Assembly (NCBI GenBank): GCA_043427975.1
Contig: JBHWTK010000067.1
Location: 16,523-80,522 of the forward strand
Source of the DNA: Chloroflexia bacterium
GTDB taxonomy: Bacteria > Chloroflexota > Chloroflexia > Thermomicrobiales > UBA6265
Length of the DNA: 64,000 bases
Reading direction: 5' to 3'
The position numbers were made by a program, and so were the translations under genes. Of this stretch, positions 54,060 through 62,616 are shown piece by piece. Below the pieces are notes generated by a model. That model searched no databases. It was not told the DNA's origin and was given only the letters and a program-made list of their open reading frames with translations. The first letter of the stretch is position 1; every line of letters begins with the position of its first letter.

Positions 54060-56093
54060 ATGGCCAAGAAATCGAAGAAGACGACCACCACTGTGACACC
54101 CGTGCAGGATTCGCCCGCCTGGAAGGTAGCGGCACCCGATGCACCGCTCGAGAAAGCGGGCACCGGCGGCCGTGCGATCACCATCGACGACCTCTATGCC
54201 TGGCACCTGCCCGGCAACCCGCAGGTGTCGCCGGATGGCAGCAAGATCGTCTACGAGGTGCTGGGTATCGACCGCGAAAGCGACGAGTACCGCTCCACCC
54301 TGTGGCTGATTGATGGCGATGCTGCCCCGCGCAAGCTCACCAGCGGCCAGTGGAAAGATACGTCCCCCGCCTGGAGCCCGGATGGCAGCAGGATCGCGTT
54401 TACCTCCAATCGCGATGAGAAGAACCAGCTCTTCGTGTTGCCGATTGATGGCGGTGAAGCCACGCAGGTAACCGACATCGAAAGCGGCGTGGGCGAGTTC
54501 GCCTGGAGTCCGGACGGGTCGCAGATTGCGTTCACGAGCCGCATCGCGCCGGAAAAGGATGGCGACAGCGATGTGAAAGTGATCACCAGTGCCTACTACA
54601 AATTCGATGGCATGGGCTTCATCGAGGACAAGGCCAGCCAGGTGTGCATCGTTGCTGCCGATGGTGGCGAGCATGAAGTGCTTACGGAAGGACCGTTCAA
54701 CCACACCCAGATCGCCTTCTCGCCTAACGGCTACGAAATTGCGTTTGTGAGCAACCGCACTCCGGATTGGGATATCCGCCGCGAGCGGGATATCTGGACG
54801 ATCGACATTCACAGCAAGCAGCTCCGCCAGCTCACCGATGGCCGGGGGTCGTGGGTTACGCCCACGTACTCGCCAAACGGAAAGTGGCTGGCCGTGTTGG
54901 GCGAGCCGGACGCCTACGCCGAGAACGTGAACCATGGCCTGTACATCATGCCTGCCCGGGGTGGCGAAATGACCAGGCTGGGCAAGAACCTGGACCGAAC
55001 CATCGGTGATTCCGGGATGAGCGGCCCTGCCGGTGCCGGTGGCAAAACGCTGATCTGGACTGCAGACGGCAAGGCCATCGACGCCATGGTGTCCGACTGT
55101 GGTGACACCCACGTTGTGCGTTTCGCCCGCAAGGGAAAGAAGCCTGTGCGCCTTACGCCGAAAGGTCGCCACATCAAGGCGTTCCAGCATCGCGGTGACG
55201 ACCTGGTACTGGCCGCCGCACAGCCGGCCCGGCCAATGGAGATCAGCCTGCTCACCGAAGACGGTGAAAAACGCCTGACGCATCACAACGATGCCTGGGT
55301 GGCGGAAGTGAACATCCCCCAGCCAGAAGAGTTTTGGGTGCAGAGCGGCGACGAGGTGATTCAGGGCTGGCTGATCCGCCCGGAAGGCAACAGCGCTGAC
55401 AGCGAAACGAAGGTCCCGCTCATCCTCAACATCCACGGGGGACCGCACGCCCAATTCAGCCCGGCGTTCTTCCACGAACTGCAAATGTACACCGCGCGCG
55501 GATTCGCGCTGGTTTTCATTAACCCGCGTGGCAGCACCGGCCGCAGCAACGACTTTGCCCGCGCCGTGAACGCCAAATGGGGTTTCGCCGACATGCCCGA
55601 TTTCATGGCGGCAATCGACCACGTGCTCGCCCTTGGCGGGCTGGACGAGAACCGGCTTGGCATCACCGGCGGCAGCTATGGCGGGTTCAGCACCAACTGG
55701 TTGCTGGGGCATACCGACCGTTTCAAGGCTGCTGTGACTGACCGGTCCATCAGCAACATGGCCAGCATGTTCGGCACCGATGACATCAGCCTGGTGGCGT
55801 TCGACAAGGCGCTTGGTACCCCGTGGGAGAATCCAACGGGATTCTGGGAAGCCTCGCCGCTGGCATACGTCGCGAACGTCACGGCTCCCTGCCTCATCAT
55901 TCACAGCGAAGAGGATTACCGTTGCCCGATGGAGCAGGCCGAGCAGTGGTACATGGCGCTGAAATCGCTCGGTCGTACCGTGGAGTTCGTCCGCTTCCCG
56001 AACGAGTCCCACGGGCTGGGTCGTAGCGGCAAACCGAAGCACCGCGTAGAGCGGCTGGAGCGCACGCTTGCCTGGTTTGAACAGTACCTGTAG
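54060..56093 (+). CDS. S9-family serine peptidase (prolyl oligopeptidase/acylaminoacyl peptidase type) with N-terminal beta-propeller
   Basis: Repeated SP(D/N)G...IAF propeller blades. Catalytic GGSYGG, later D and H in ...FPNESHGL. Confidence 0.88.
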   Translation: MAKKSKKTTTTVTPVQDSPAWKVAAPDAPLEKAGTGGRAITIDDLYAWHLPGNPQVSPDGSKIVYEVLGIDRESDEYRSTLWLIDGDAAPRKLTSGQWKDTSPAWSPDGSRIAFTSNRDEKNQLFVLPIDGGEATQVTDIESGVGEFAWSPDGSQIAFTSRIAPEKDGDSDVKVITSAYYKFDGMGFIEDKASQVCIVAADGGEHEVLTEGPFNHTQIAFSPNGYEIAFVSNRTPDWDIRRERDIWTIDIHSKQLRQLTDGRGSWVTPTYSPNGKWLAVLGEPDAYAENVNHGLYIMPARGGEMTRLGKNLDRTIGDSGMSGPAGAGGKTLIWTADGKAIDAMVSDCGDTHVVRFARKGKKPVRLTPKGRHIKAFQHRGDDLVLAAAQPARPMEISLLTEDGEKRLTHHNDAWVAEVNIPQPEEFWVQSGDEVIQGWLIRPEGNSADSETKVPLILNIHGGPHAQFSPAFFHELQMYTARGFALVFINPRGSTGRSNDFARAVNAKWGFADMPDFMAAIDHVLALGGLDENRLGITGGSYGGFSTNWLLGHTDRFKAAVTDRSISNMASMFGTDDISLVAFDKALGTPWENPTGFWEASPLAYVANVTAPCLIIHSEEDYRCPMEQAEQWYMALKSLGRTVEFVRFPNESHGLGRSGKPKHRVERLERTLAWFEQYL

Positions 56094-56167
56094 CCGACCT
56101 TGGCACCAAATATGCGTAGTTTTCTGCAGTCGATGGCGGTAACGCCGTTTACCTGAGGAGGTACTAC

Positions 56168-56392
56168 ATGACTCACGGACACGATGATTTTGCAGTTTCC
56201 GACGTTGAATACAACCTCGTAACCACGCTGAGCAACCTGCTTCAGGCTGAGGATGCGCTGCACAAGTACATCTCGGATGCCGAGAGCGCCGGGGCGAGTA
56301 ACGTGGCTTCGCTGTTCAGGGAATTGCACGATTCGAATCGCCGCATCGCCAAGCAGATGCGCCAGGTGCTCCACGACGAATTCATGAGTTAG
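56168..56392 (+). CDS. Small helical hypothetical protein (74 aa)
   Basis: Strong GGAGG SD 7 nt upstream; a terminator follows. Confidence 0.55.
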   Translation: MTHGHDDFAVSDVEYNLVTTLSNLLQAEDALHKYISDAESAGASNVASLFRELHDSNRRIAKQMRQVLHDEFMS

Positions 56393-56418
56393 TCGCCATG
56401 AGCATATTGGGTAAAATC

Positions 56419-56453
56419 AAGGGGGATTGCCGCTGGCAATCCCCCTTTTTGTT
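56419..56453 (+). terminator. Intrinsic terminator
   Basis: Perfect 13-bp stem AAGGGGGATTGCC/GGCAATCCCCCTT with a 3-nt loop, followed by TTTGTT. Confidence 0.8.
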
Positions 56454-56468
56454 ACCACGAGGCGATGC

Positions 56469-57176
56469 ATGTCCCAGTCCATCACCATTTCGATGCTCTA
56501 TTTCGCCATGTTCCGCGAGCACCTTGGCAAGTCTGCCGAGTCGCTTTCTGTGCCACCCGGCACGACAGCCGGTGACATCTTCGGGATCGTCACTGAGGGT
56601 TTTTCTGCCCTGTCCGGCATGCGCAACTCCACCATGGTGATGGTGAACGAGGAATACGCCGATCCCGCACAAGAATTGCGCGATGGGGATCAAGTCGCCC
56701 TGATCCCGCCGGTAAGTGGCGGCGACCATCGGTTTACGTGCACGGAGGACGAACTGGATCCCCGAGCGGTCGAAGCGCTGGTCGCGTCCGACGATGCCGG
56801 CGCGCTGGTAACGTTCACCGGCACCGTGCGCAACCATGCCCGCGGCATGGCGGTGAAGTCGCTGGAATACGAGGCCTACCCGGCAGCTGCCGAAAAGATG
56901 ATGGCGCAGGTTGGTGCGGAGGTGCAGCAGCAGTGGTCGGCGGTGAACATCGCCATCTCCCACCGCTTCGGCCACCTCATGCCCGGCGAGGCCAGTGTGG
57001 TGATCTGCACCAGCAGCGCCCACCGGGACGAAGCCTATGCTGCCAACGCCTGGGCGATCAGCCGTATCAAGGAAATCGTCCCTATCTGGAAGAAGGAGCA
57101 CTACGCCGACGGCTCCGCCTGGATTGGCAGCGAACACGCCTACCAGATTGAAACGGGCAGGATCGGCAAACCATAG
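56469..57176 (+). CDS. Fused molybdopterin synthase MoaD-MoaE
   Basis: Start moved to ATG 56469. The N-terminal 85 aa form a MoaD/ThiS fold ending ...IPPVSGG. This is followed directly by MoaE (ALVTFTGTVRN...EYEAY...ISHRFG...IWKKE). Confidence 0.85.
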   Translation: MSQSITISMLYFAMFREHLGKSAESLSVPPGTTAGDIFGIVTEGFSALSGMRNSTMVMVNEEYADPAQELRDGDQVALIPPVSGGDHRFTCTEDELDPRAVEALVASDDAGALVTFTGTVRNHARGMAVKSLEYEAYPAAAEKMMAQVGAEVQQQWSAVNIAISHRFGHLMPGEASVVICTSSAHRDEAYAANAWAISRIKEIVPIWKKEHYADGSAWIGSEHAYQIETGRIGKP

Positions 57177-57260
57177 GCCCGGGTTTTATGGACCGTTCAG
57201 CGAGAGACAACTTCGCCGCCATTCCCGCTCTACCCTGCCCCTACCTCTATCACGGCGGCT

Positions 57261-58718
57261 CTACGGCAGATCCACCCGATATACGCCGGTGTCGGTGACC
57301 AGGTACAGCATGTTCCCTTCGAACCACGCGTTCCAGACGTTGCTGGCAGCCGGCAGGTACCTGGTACCGGCGCGGTCGAAGCAGGTGAACTCCTTCAGCG
57401 TCACACAGGCGTAATCCGAATTGGACGCCACCGCCAGCGGACTCATTTCAGGCTGGCGAACCGGATCCGTTTCCAGCATCACCCAGCCATTGGCATCCAG
57501 CCACACCAGCGCCGAGGCCGTATGGCCATGCTGGCCCAACAGGCGCAGCAGGAACGGCGCGCTGTTCCAGGTGTAGGTCGCCATGGCGATGGAGCCATCG
57601 GACGCGACATTGATGCGGCTGGATTGATCGAGTGCCCGCTCCCACACCACGCTGCCATCCGCCGGGTTCACCACCACCAGTGTCGTGAGCGCTCCCGAGC
57701 CAACATAGGTATCGGCCGCAACCAGCAGCCCGGCCGGAACGCTGAACATCTGCATGCTCACCGGGTGGGCCTGCTGGAACGACGCCGGCATGGTGAACTG
57801 CCGTACAGATGCGCCAGTGGTGAGGTTCAGCACCTCAATAGAGCCATCCACTTGCCCCAGGTACAGCTCCTCGCCGATATGCATCAGCGCCGGAGGCTGC
57901 ACGTAATTGTCCTCCCGAGATGCATAGAGGTCATACCCGGCCTGCCAGCGCATTTCGCCGCTGCTGCCATCGATTGCAACCAGCTTGCCTCCCAGCACAA
58001 TCACAGCGGTATCGCCTGCCATCATCACGGTTTCCCATCCGTGGACGACGTCCCATTCGGCCAGGGAATTGGTCCAGAGTTCTTCTCCGGTGTCGATGTT
58101 GTAGGCAGCCATTTCCTCCAGGCCAAATAATGAATTTGGATCGTTGTCCTTTGGTTCGCTGTACGTGATACCGATGATGACATCGTCTCCAAACAGGATG
58201 TGCCACATCTCGGGCACCTCTTGTTGCCACTGGACCGCGCCGGATGCCGGGTCATACGAGACCAGGTACGGCTGATCCGAGCCGGACATCGACGTGACAG
58301 CGATAAGGTGGTCTTCGTACATGTGGACCTGGCCCGCTGTACCAACGCCGGGCAGCATCTCGGCTGTCAGGGTGACATCGGGGCCGGGTGTAGCGCTGGC
58401 ATCGGCTGGCAACGTCGCGACCGCCTGGCTCGCGTACTGCGGCTCCAGCACCCTGGGTGCAAGTTGCACGACAGAAGCGAGCGCGAGCGCGAACACCACC
58501 AGTGCGGCCGCTGCGATGAAGAGCGGGTGTCGCCTGTCCGGTGCCGTCGCGTTCACAGATCGTCCCGACGGCGAAGCACCAATGATCGGCTGCACCGGGA
58601 CCGGTTTCGCGGGTGCTTCTGCCGCCATCCGTCGTCGCATCCGCTCTGCGAACGCGCTATCTGGCTCCATGGCCGAATCGAATGCCCCGTGAAATTGACG
58701 GAAATCGGTATCGTTCAT
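57261..58718 (-). CDS. Putative anti-sigma factor: cytoplasmic N-terminus, one TM, extracytoplasmic PQQ-like beta-propeller
   Basis: ATGA overlap with the upstream ECF sigma gene. TM segment is LFIAAAALVVFALALASV. Repeated ...G.V.W... blades are typical of PQQ-like propeller repeats. Confidence 0.6.
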   Translation of the reverse strand: MNDTDFRQFHGAFDSAMEPDSAFAERMRRRMAAEAPAKPVPVQPIIGASPSGRSVNATAPDRRHPLFIAAAALVVFALALASVVQLAPRVLEPQYASQAVATLPADASATPGPDVTLTAEMLPGVGTAGQVHMYEDHLIAVTSMSGSDQPYLVSYDPASGAVQWQQEVPEMWHILFGDDVIIGITYSEPKDNDPNSLFGLEEMAAYNIDTGEELWTNSLAEWDVVHGWETVMMAGDTAVIVLGGKLVAIDGSSGEMRWQAGYDLYASREDNYVQPPALMHIGEELYLGQVDGSIEVLNLTTGASVRQFTMPASFQQAHPVSMQMFSVPAGLLVAADTYVGSGALTTLVVVNPADGSVVWERALDQSSRINVASDGSIAMATYTWNSAPFLLRLLGQHGHTASALVWLDANGWVMLETDPVRQPEMSPLAVASNSDYACVTLKEFTCFDRAGTRYLPAASNVWNAWFEGNMLYLVTDTGVYRVDLP

Positions 58719-59296
58719 CGGTGGTCTCCATTGCGCTGCAACCAGATCGATCGGAAGGCGTTACGGGCACGGGCAAGCAGCGACTGAGTCGCCGATTCCG
58801 AGAGGAAGAGCGCCGCTGCGACCGCGGCGACGTCGCATCCATCGAGGTATTTGAGGACGATCGCTGCGCGGTAGCGCGGGTTGAGCTCGGCCAGGGTCGC
58901 GATCACTTCCTCGCGGACAGGCAGGGATTCGAGGTCGAGATCGGGCAGGCCGGGTTGGACGCCGGGGTCATCGTCGTCCACGCGCCGGCCAAACGCGGAT
59001 CTCTCACGGGTTTGGCGGCGGTAGTGGTCGATGAGCCGGTTGCGGGAGATATGGAACAGCCAGCGCATGCGGTCATCCGCACCTTCGGGCGCTGCGCCAG
59101 ACCGCACGGCGGCCAGCATGGTGTCCTGCGTCAGGTCTTCTGCCAGGGCGCGATCACCGCCCACCCGTGGGTAGAAGTACCCGTAGATACGCGGGATCGC
59201 CTCGGCCAGCGCGGCGGTCGGCGCGTGGTGAGGCGACGATTCGGCTTTCTCCTTCGTGGGGTTCAATACGATCGTTCCCGGCGCAGCAAGCTCCAT
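58715..59296 (-). CDS. ECF-type RNA polymerase sigma-70 factor
   Basis: Start moved to ATG 59296 (AAGGAG SD). Region 2 (AEDLTQDTMLAAV...WLFHISRNRLIDHYR) and region 4 (LNPRYRAAIVLKYLDG...SESATQSLLARAR). Confidence 0.85.
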   Translation of the reverse strand: MELAAPGTIVLNPTKEKAESSPHHAPTAALAEAIPRIYGYFYPRVGGDRALAEDLTQDTMLAAVRSGAAPEGADDRMRWLFHISRNRLIDHYRRQTRERSAFGRRVDDDDPGVQPGLPDLDLESLPVREEVIATLAELNPRYRAAIVLKYLDGCDVAAVAAALFLSESATQSLLARARNAFRSIWLQRNGDHR

Positions 59297-59492
59297 ATGC
59301 AGGTCTCCTTGCAAAGTAGAACGAAGCCGCGTCAGAAATCTGTCGGTTGACCCCAAATACGCCAGGTACATGGCATATCCAGAAATCTGCTGTGATTAGT
59401 AACAGGCTGACAGCAGTTTATTCTGGTCCTGCGGTATGCTTCGGGCAGGAGATCGATAAATTGGCAGGGTAATAGATCGGGGAAGAAATCTG

Positions 59493-60500
59493 ATGAAGCG
59501 AACGATAGTCTCGTTGTTGGCCGCAATGCTCGTTTGCGTTGTATCGGTGCAGCCAACTATCGCCCAAGCCGATGAAGGGTGTGAACCAGAGATCGAACAA
59601 CCCTACGCGTGCCGAACGTTCGCCTCCACATCACCTGGCGTGGCCGAGGTAACCATGCTGATGATTGTGGTAAGCGATCACCAAACAGCATCCCAGGCAG
59701 ACAGCTATGTCCTCGGAATGGAAGAAGCAATGGTTGATGCAGACGTTCCTCTACTCCGGCTTCGAGGTCTTCCATCCGAAATGGAATACGCCTATTCCTC
59801 CCTCACTTTGGAGGAGGATGGATCCTCAATGGGGTTGGCCATCCTTCTGGTTTCCGTTGAAAAATACGTGGTATCAATTTTCGCTGGCGGCGCCGCCGAG
59901 CCCAGCAGCAACGATCTGGTGAGCATTGTGGTCGAGATTGTAGATCGTGCCAACTCTAGTCATGCCACACTGTTCGACTTGCTCCCGAATGAGGACGATC
60001 TGCCCTATCGCATGTCTGTGTCAGTTGAGCGGACAACAGAATCCTCCAATAATGCCGGCACCAGGCGGTCTGGCAATACCAGTAACGGTATTACACGGAC
60101 GCCTCGAACCGGCTCCACATCCTCCAGCCGAAACACCACCTCAGGTGAATCTTCTGGAACAATAACCCGCACACCACGGACCGGATCAGCGAATACAAGC
60201 TCCGGTAGTTCCGGCACCCAGACAGGGAGCCTCCGAGTAGTGGATATAACAACAAAAGACGCTGGAATAGGTGACGGGACGATCTATGTTTACATCGAAC
60301 TGGAGAACGCCTCGAGCAAGGATTATGGTTACGTTCAGGTGGACTTGATATGTCGTGATAGTAGCGATCGCGTGGTAGCAACGGGCATTGCCAACGAGCT
60401 GGGACTGCCCGCTGGGGGAAGCACGGTTCTCACCGGCATCATCATGAGTGCTCCCGATTGCGTCAAGGTCCAGGCAAAGGTCAATCCCTTGTCCGACTAA
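59493..60500 (+). CDS. Secreted hypothetical protein with Ser/Thr/Gly/Arg-rich linker; locally AT-richer gene
   Basis: Signal MKRTIVSLLAAMLVCVVSVQPTIAQA. Duplicated ITRTPRTGS peptide (60090-60116 and 60162-60188). C-terminal beta-rich domain. Confidence 0.65.
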   Translation: MKRTIVSLLAAMLVCVVSVQPTIAQADEGCEPEIEQPYACRTFASTSPGVAEVTMLMIVVSDHQTASQADSYVLGMEEAMVDADVPLLRLRGLPSEMEYAYSSLTLEEDGSSMGLAILLVSVEKYVVSIFAGGAAEPSSNDLVSIVVEIVDRANSSHATLFDLLPNEDDLPYRMSVSVERTTESSNNAGTRRSGNTSNGITRTPRTGSTSSSRNTTSGESSGTITRTPRTGSANTSSGSSGTQTGSLRVVDITTKDAGIGDGTIYVYIELENASSKDYGYVQVDLICRDSSDRVVATGIANELGLPAGGSTVLTGIIMSAPDCVKVQAKVNPLSD

Positions 60501-60588
60501 CGGCCAGCTCCGACACTTCAACGGAAAACGTGAATTGCGACATTGTGGGCAAGCGTTGCTGATCAAATGTCGCAACTGACCATAGCTG

Positions 60589-60613
60589 GAGCCCGGGAAT
60601 AAAACCCGGGCTC
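60589..60613. terminator. Bidirectional hairpin terminator between convergent genes
   Basis: Perfect 9-bp stem GAGCCCGGG/CCCGGGCTC with loop AATAAAA. Abuts the ABC-F stop codon. Confidence 0.6.
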
Positions 60614-62313
60614 TACTTTTCCCGTTTCCTCACCGGTTCCGATGCGGCGGCGGGGTGGCGCAGGCCGAGGGTGAGCGGGGTGCCTTTCTCCGCGTTCTCG
60701 ACGGCATAGGTGTAGCCGCCCGGATAATCGCGCACGATGCCGTCCTCAATCGCGAGGATGCGGTTGCAGACCTTGTCCATGAAATAGCGATCATGCGAGA
60801 TGCTGATGATGGTGCCCTCGAACGCCAGCAGCGCTTCTTCAAGCTTCTCGACACTGGCGAGGTCGAGGTTATTGGTCGGTTCGTCCAGCACCAGCAGGTT
60901 GGCACCGCTCAGCATCATCAGTGCGATCTGCAGCCGGGCCCGTTCCCCACCGCTCAGGTTCTTCACCTGGTTCATCGCGTCAACACGATCAAAGCCCATA
61001 CCCACCAGCGCGCTGAGCGCCTGCTGTTCATTGAGCGCCTTCACCTTGCGCACGAGTTCTAGCGGCTGGGAATTGCCATCCAGCGATGCCTGCATCTGGT
61101 CGTACCACGCCATCTGGATACTCGCGCCGATGCCAATCCGGCCGGAGGAAGGCGCGAGTTCGCCGGTGAGGCACTTCATCAGGCTGGTTTTACCGGCACC
61201 GTTCGGCCCGATGATGCCTACCCGCTCTCCATGCCGCACCAGCACATCGAACGGTTGCAGCACAGTGCGGTCGCCATAGCGGATGCTGACGTTGCTGCCC
61301 GTGACCACGTTCGTGGATCCCCGTTCCGCCTGGAAATCGATATTGATGTTGCGGCGCTGCATTTGCGGCCATGGCTGGGCATCGAGCCGGGCGCGTTCCT
61401 CCGCCATTCGGTTGCGTTGCTGCTCGGCGCGGGTAGCGAACTTCGGATTCTGCCGCGCCCACTGGGTCAGTTCCTCGGCGCAGGCCTTCAGCTTCAGGTA
61501 TTCGCGTTCGGCCAGCTCGCGGAGTTCCAGTTCACGTTCAAGCCGATCCCGCTTCTGCTGCTGGTAGGCGCTGTAGTTGCCGGTGTACCGGCGGATGCGG
61601 CCATCCTCCAGTTCAACGATCGAGTTGGCGACCCGGTCGATCATGTAGCGGTCGTGCGAGATCATGCACACCGCGCCGCGATACTGCGTGTTGAGCCAAT
61701 CCTCCAGCCAGGCGCGGGCATCGACATCGAAGTGGTTATCTGGCTCGTCCAGCAGCAGCACATCCGGCGGGTCCAGCAGGAAGCGGGCGACATCCACCAG
61801 CTTCCGTTCGCCACCGGAGAGCGTGCCGATTGATTGGTCCCAGCGGTGTTCCGGAATATGCAATTCGCCGAGCACCTGCTGCAACTGATCGGTGGCATCG
61901 TTGCCGGCGAGTGCGTCGAGCCGATCCAGCAAGGCCGCCTGGGTGTCCAGCAGCGCTGCCATCTCGTCGTCAGTCATCGGCTGGCCAAACCGTTCCTCAA
62001 TTTCCAGGAGCTGGTATTCCACGCTCTCGGAATCGCCGATTGCCTCGCCGAGCACTTCGCGAACCGTCTTGTGGGCCGGGAGTGTCGATTCCTGCTGCAG
62101 GTATCCGATGCTGATGCCATTGGCGTGCGTGATTGCTCCAGACTGCGGGTGCAACTCCTTCGTCAGCAGGCGAAAGAGGGTGGACTTGCCCGTGCCATTC
62201 TCTCCGATCAACGCGAGGCGGTCGCCAGACTGGATGGTGAATGAAAGTCCCTGGAAAAGCTGGTTACCGCCGTGGGCATAGGCGATATCCGCAGCCTGAA
62301 TGAGAAGTACCAT
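60613..62313 (-). CDS. ABC-F family ATPase (two NBDs, no TM domain; ribosome-associated type)
   Basis: 566 aa. Two Walker A motifs (GENGTGKST, GPNGAGKTS), two signatures (LSGGERK, LSGGERAR) and a charged interdomain linker (QQQKRDRLERELELRELAEREYLKLK...). Confidence 0.9.
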   Translation of the reverse strand: MVLLIQAADIAYAHGGNQLFQGLSFTIQSGDRLALIGENGTGKSTLFRLLTKELHPQSGAITHANGISIGYLQQESTLPAHKTVREVLGEAIGDSESVEYQLLEIEERFGQPMTDDEMAALLDTQAALLDRLDALAGNDATDQLQQVLGELHIPEHRWDQSIGTLSGGERKLVDVARFLLDPPDVLLLDEPDNHFDVDARAWLEDWLNTQYRGAVCMISHDRYMIDRVANSIVELEDGRIRRYTGNYSAYQQQKRDRLERELELRELAEREYLKLKACAEELTQWARQNPKFATRAEQQRNRMAEERARLDAQPWPQMQRRNINIDFQAERGSTNVVTGSNVSIRYGDRTVLQPFDVLVRHGERVGIIGPNGAGKTSLMKCLTGELAPSSGRIGIGASIQMAWYDQMQASLDGNSQPLELVRKVKALNEQQALSALVGMGFDRVDAMNQVKNLSGGERARLQIALMMLSGANLLVLDEPTNNLDLASVEKLEEALLAFEGTIISISHDRYFMDKVCNRILAIEDGIVRDYPGGYTYAVENAEKGTPLTLGLRHPAAASEPVRKREK

Positions 62314-62331
62314 GATGCGAAATCCCCGCAG

Positions 62332-62370
62332 ACAAACAAAAATCCCTCCGACAAATGCGTCGAAGGGAGG
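62332..62370 (-). terminator. Intrinsic terminator 18 nt upstream of the ABC-F start codon (candidate attenuator)
   Basis: Minus RNA reads (CC)UCCCUUCGAC-GCAUUU-GUCGGAGGGA (10 bp) followed by UUUUUGUUUGU. The single non-Watson-Crick pair is G.U on the minus RNA and C.A on the plus, which makes the structure strand-specific. Confidence 0.7.
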
Positions 62371-62411
62371 TCAAACACCCTGATTTGATGCTGATCGTTA
62401 GCCAACGCTCG

Positions 62412-62492
62412 TTACATCAACCAGGCACACTGCTCCCATATAGTGGCCGTTCGTGGTGAAACCGCGATGGTGGCTTTCATAAAGAACTGCAT
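62412..62492 (-). CDS. Candidate leader peptide uORF (26 codons)
   Basis: GGGGA lies 5 nt upstream of the ATG. Sequence is MQFFMKATIAVSPRTATIWEQCAWLM. It contains GGGAGCAGUGUG in frame as (W)EQC(A). Confidence 0.4.
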   Translation of the reverse strand: MQFFMKATIAVSPRTATIWEQCAWLM

Positions 62493-62522
62493 CTTGATCC
62501 CCGGTAGCGATAACCTGCGCCT

Positions 62523-62551
62523 ATGCTACGGGATGGGCCGGCCGGGGTCAA
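62523..62551 (-). promoter_or_regulatory. Candidate promoter of the ABC-F leader
   Basis: Minus strand reads TTGACC-N17-TAGCAT, immediately after the sodC terminator. Confidence 0.5.
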
Positions 62552-62585
62552 CACAAACGCCTGGCACACCTTTGTGCCGGGCGTT
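62549..62585 (-). terminator. Terminator-like hairpin after sodC
   Basis: AACGCC(C)GGCAC-AAAGGU-GUGCC(A)GGCGUU followed by UGUGUUG, about 30 nt after the stop at 62617. Confidence 0.5.
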
Positions 62586-62616
62586 CAGTTTGATCACACT
62601 CGCCGCTGAGGTGTGC

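Noticed and set aside
53877-56042. 721-aa minus-strand ORF, the longest 'extra' ORF in the window
   Set aside because: It is entirely antisense to the well-supported moeA 3' end and the S9 peptidase gene. The translation is Arg/Ala/Gly-rich with no motifs. This is the typical stop-codon-poor antisense frame of GC-rich coding DNA.
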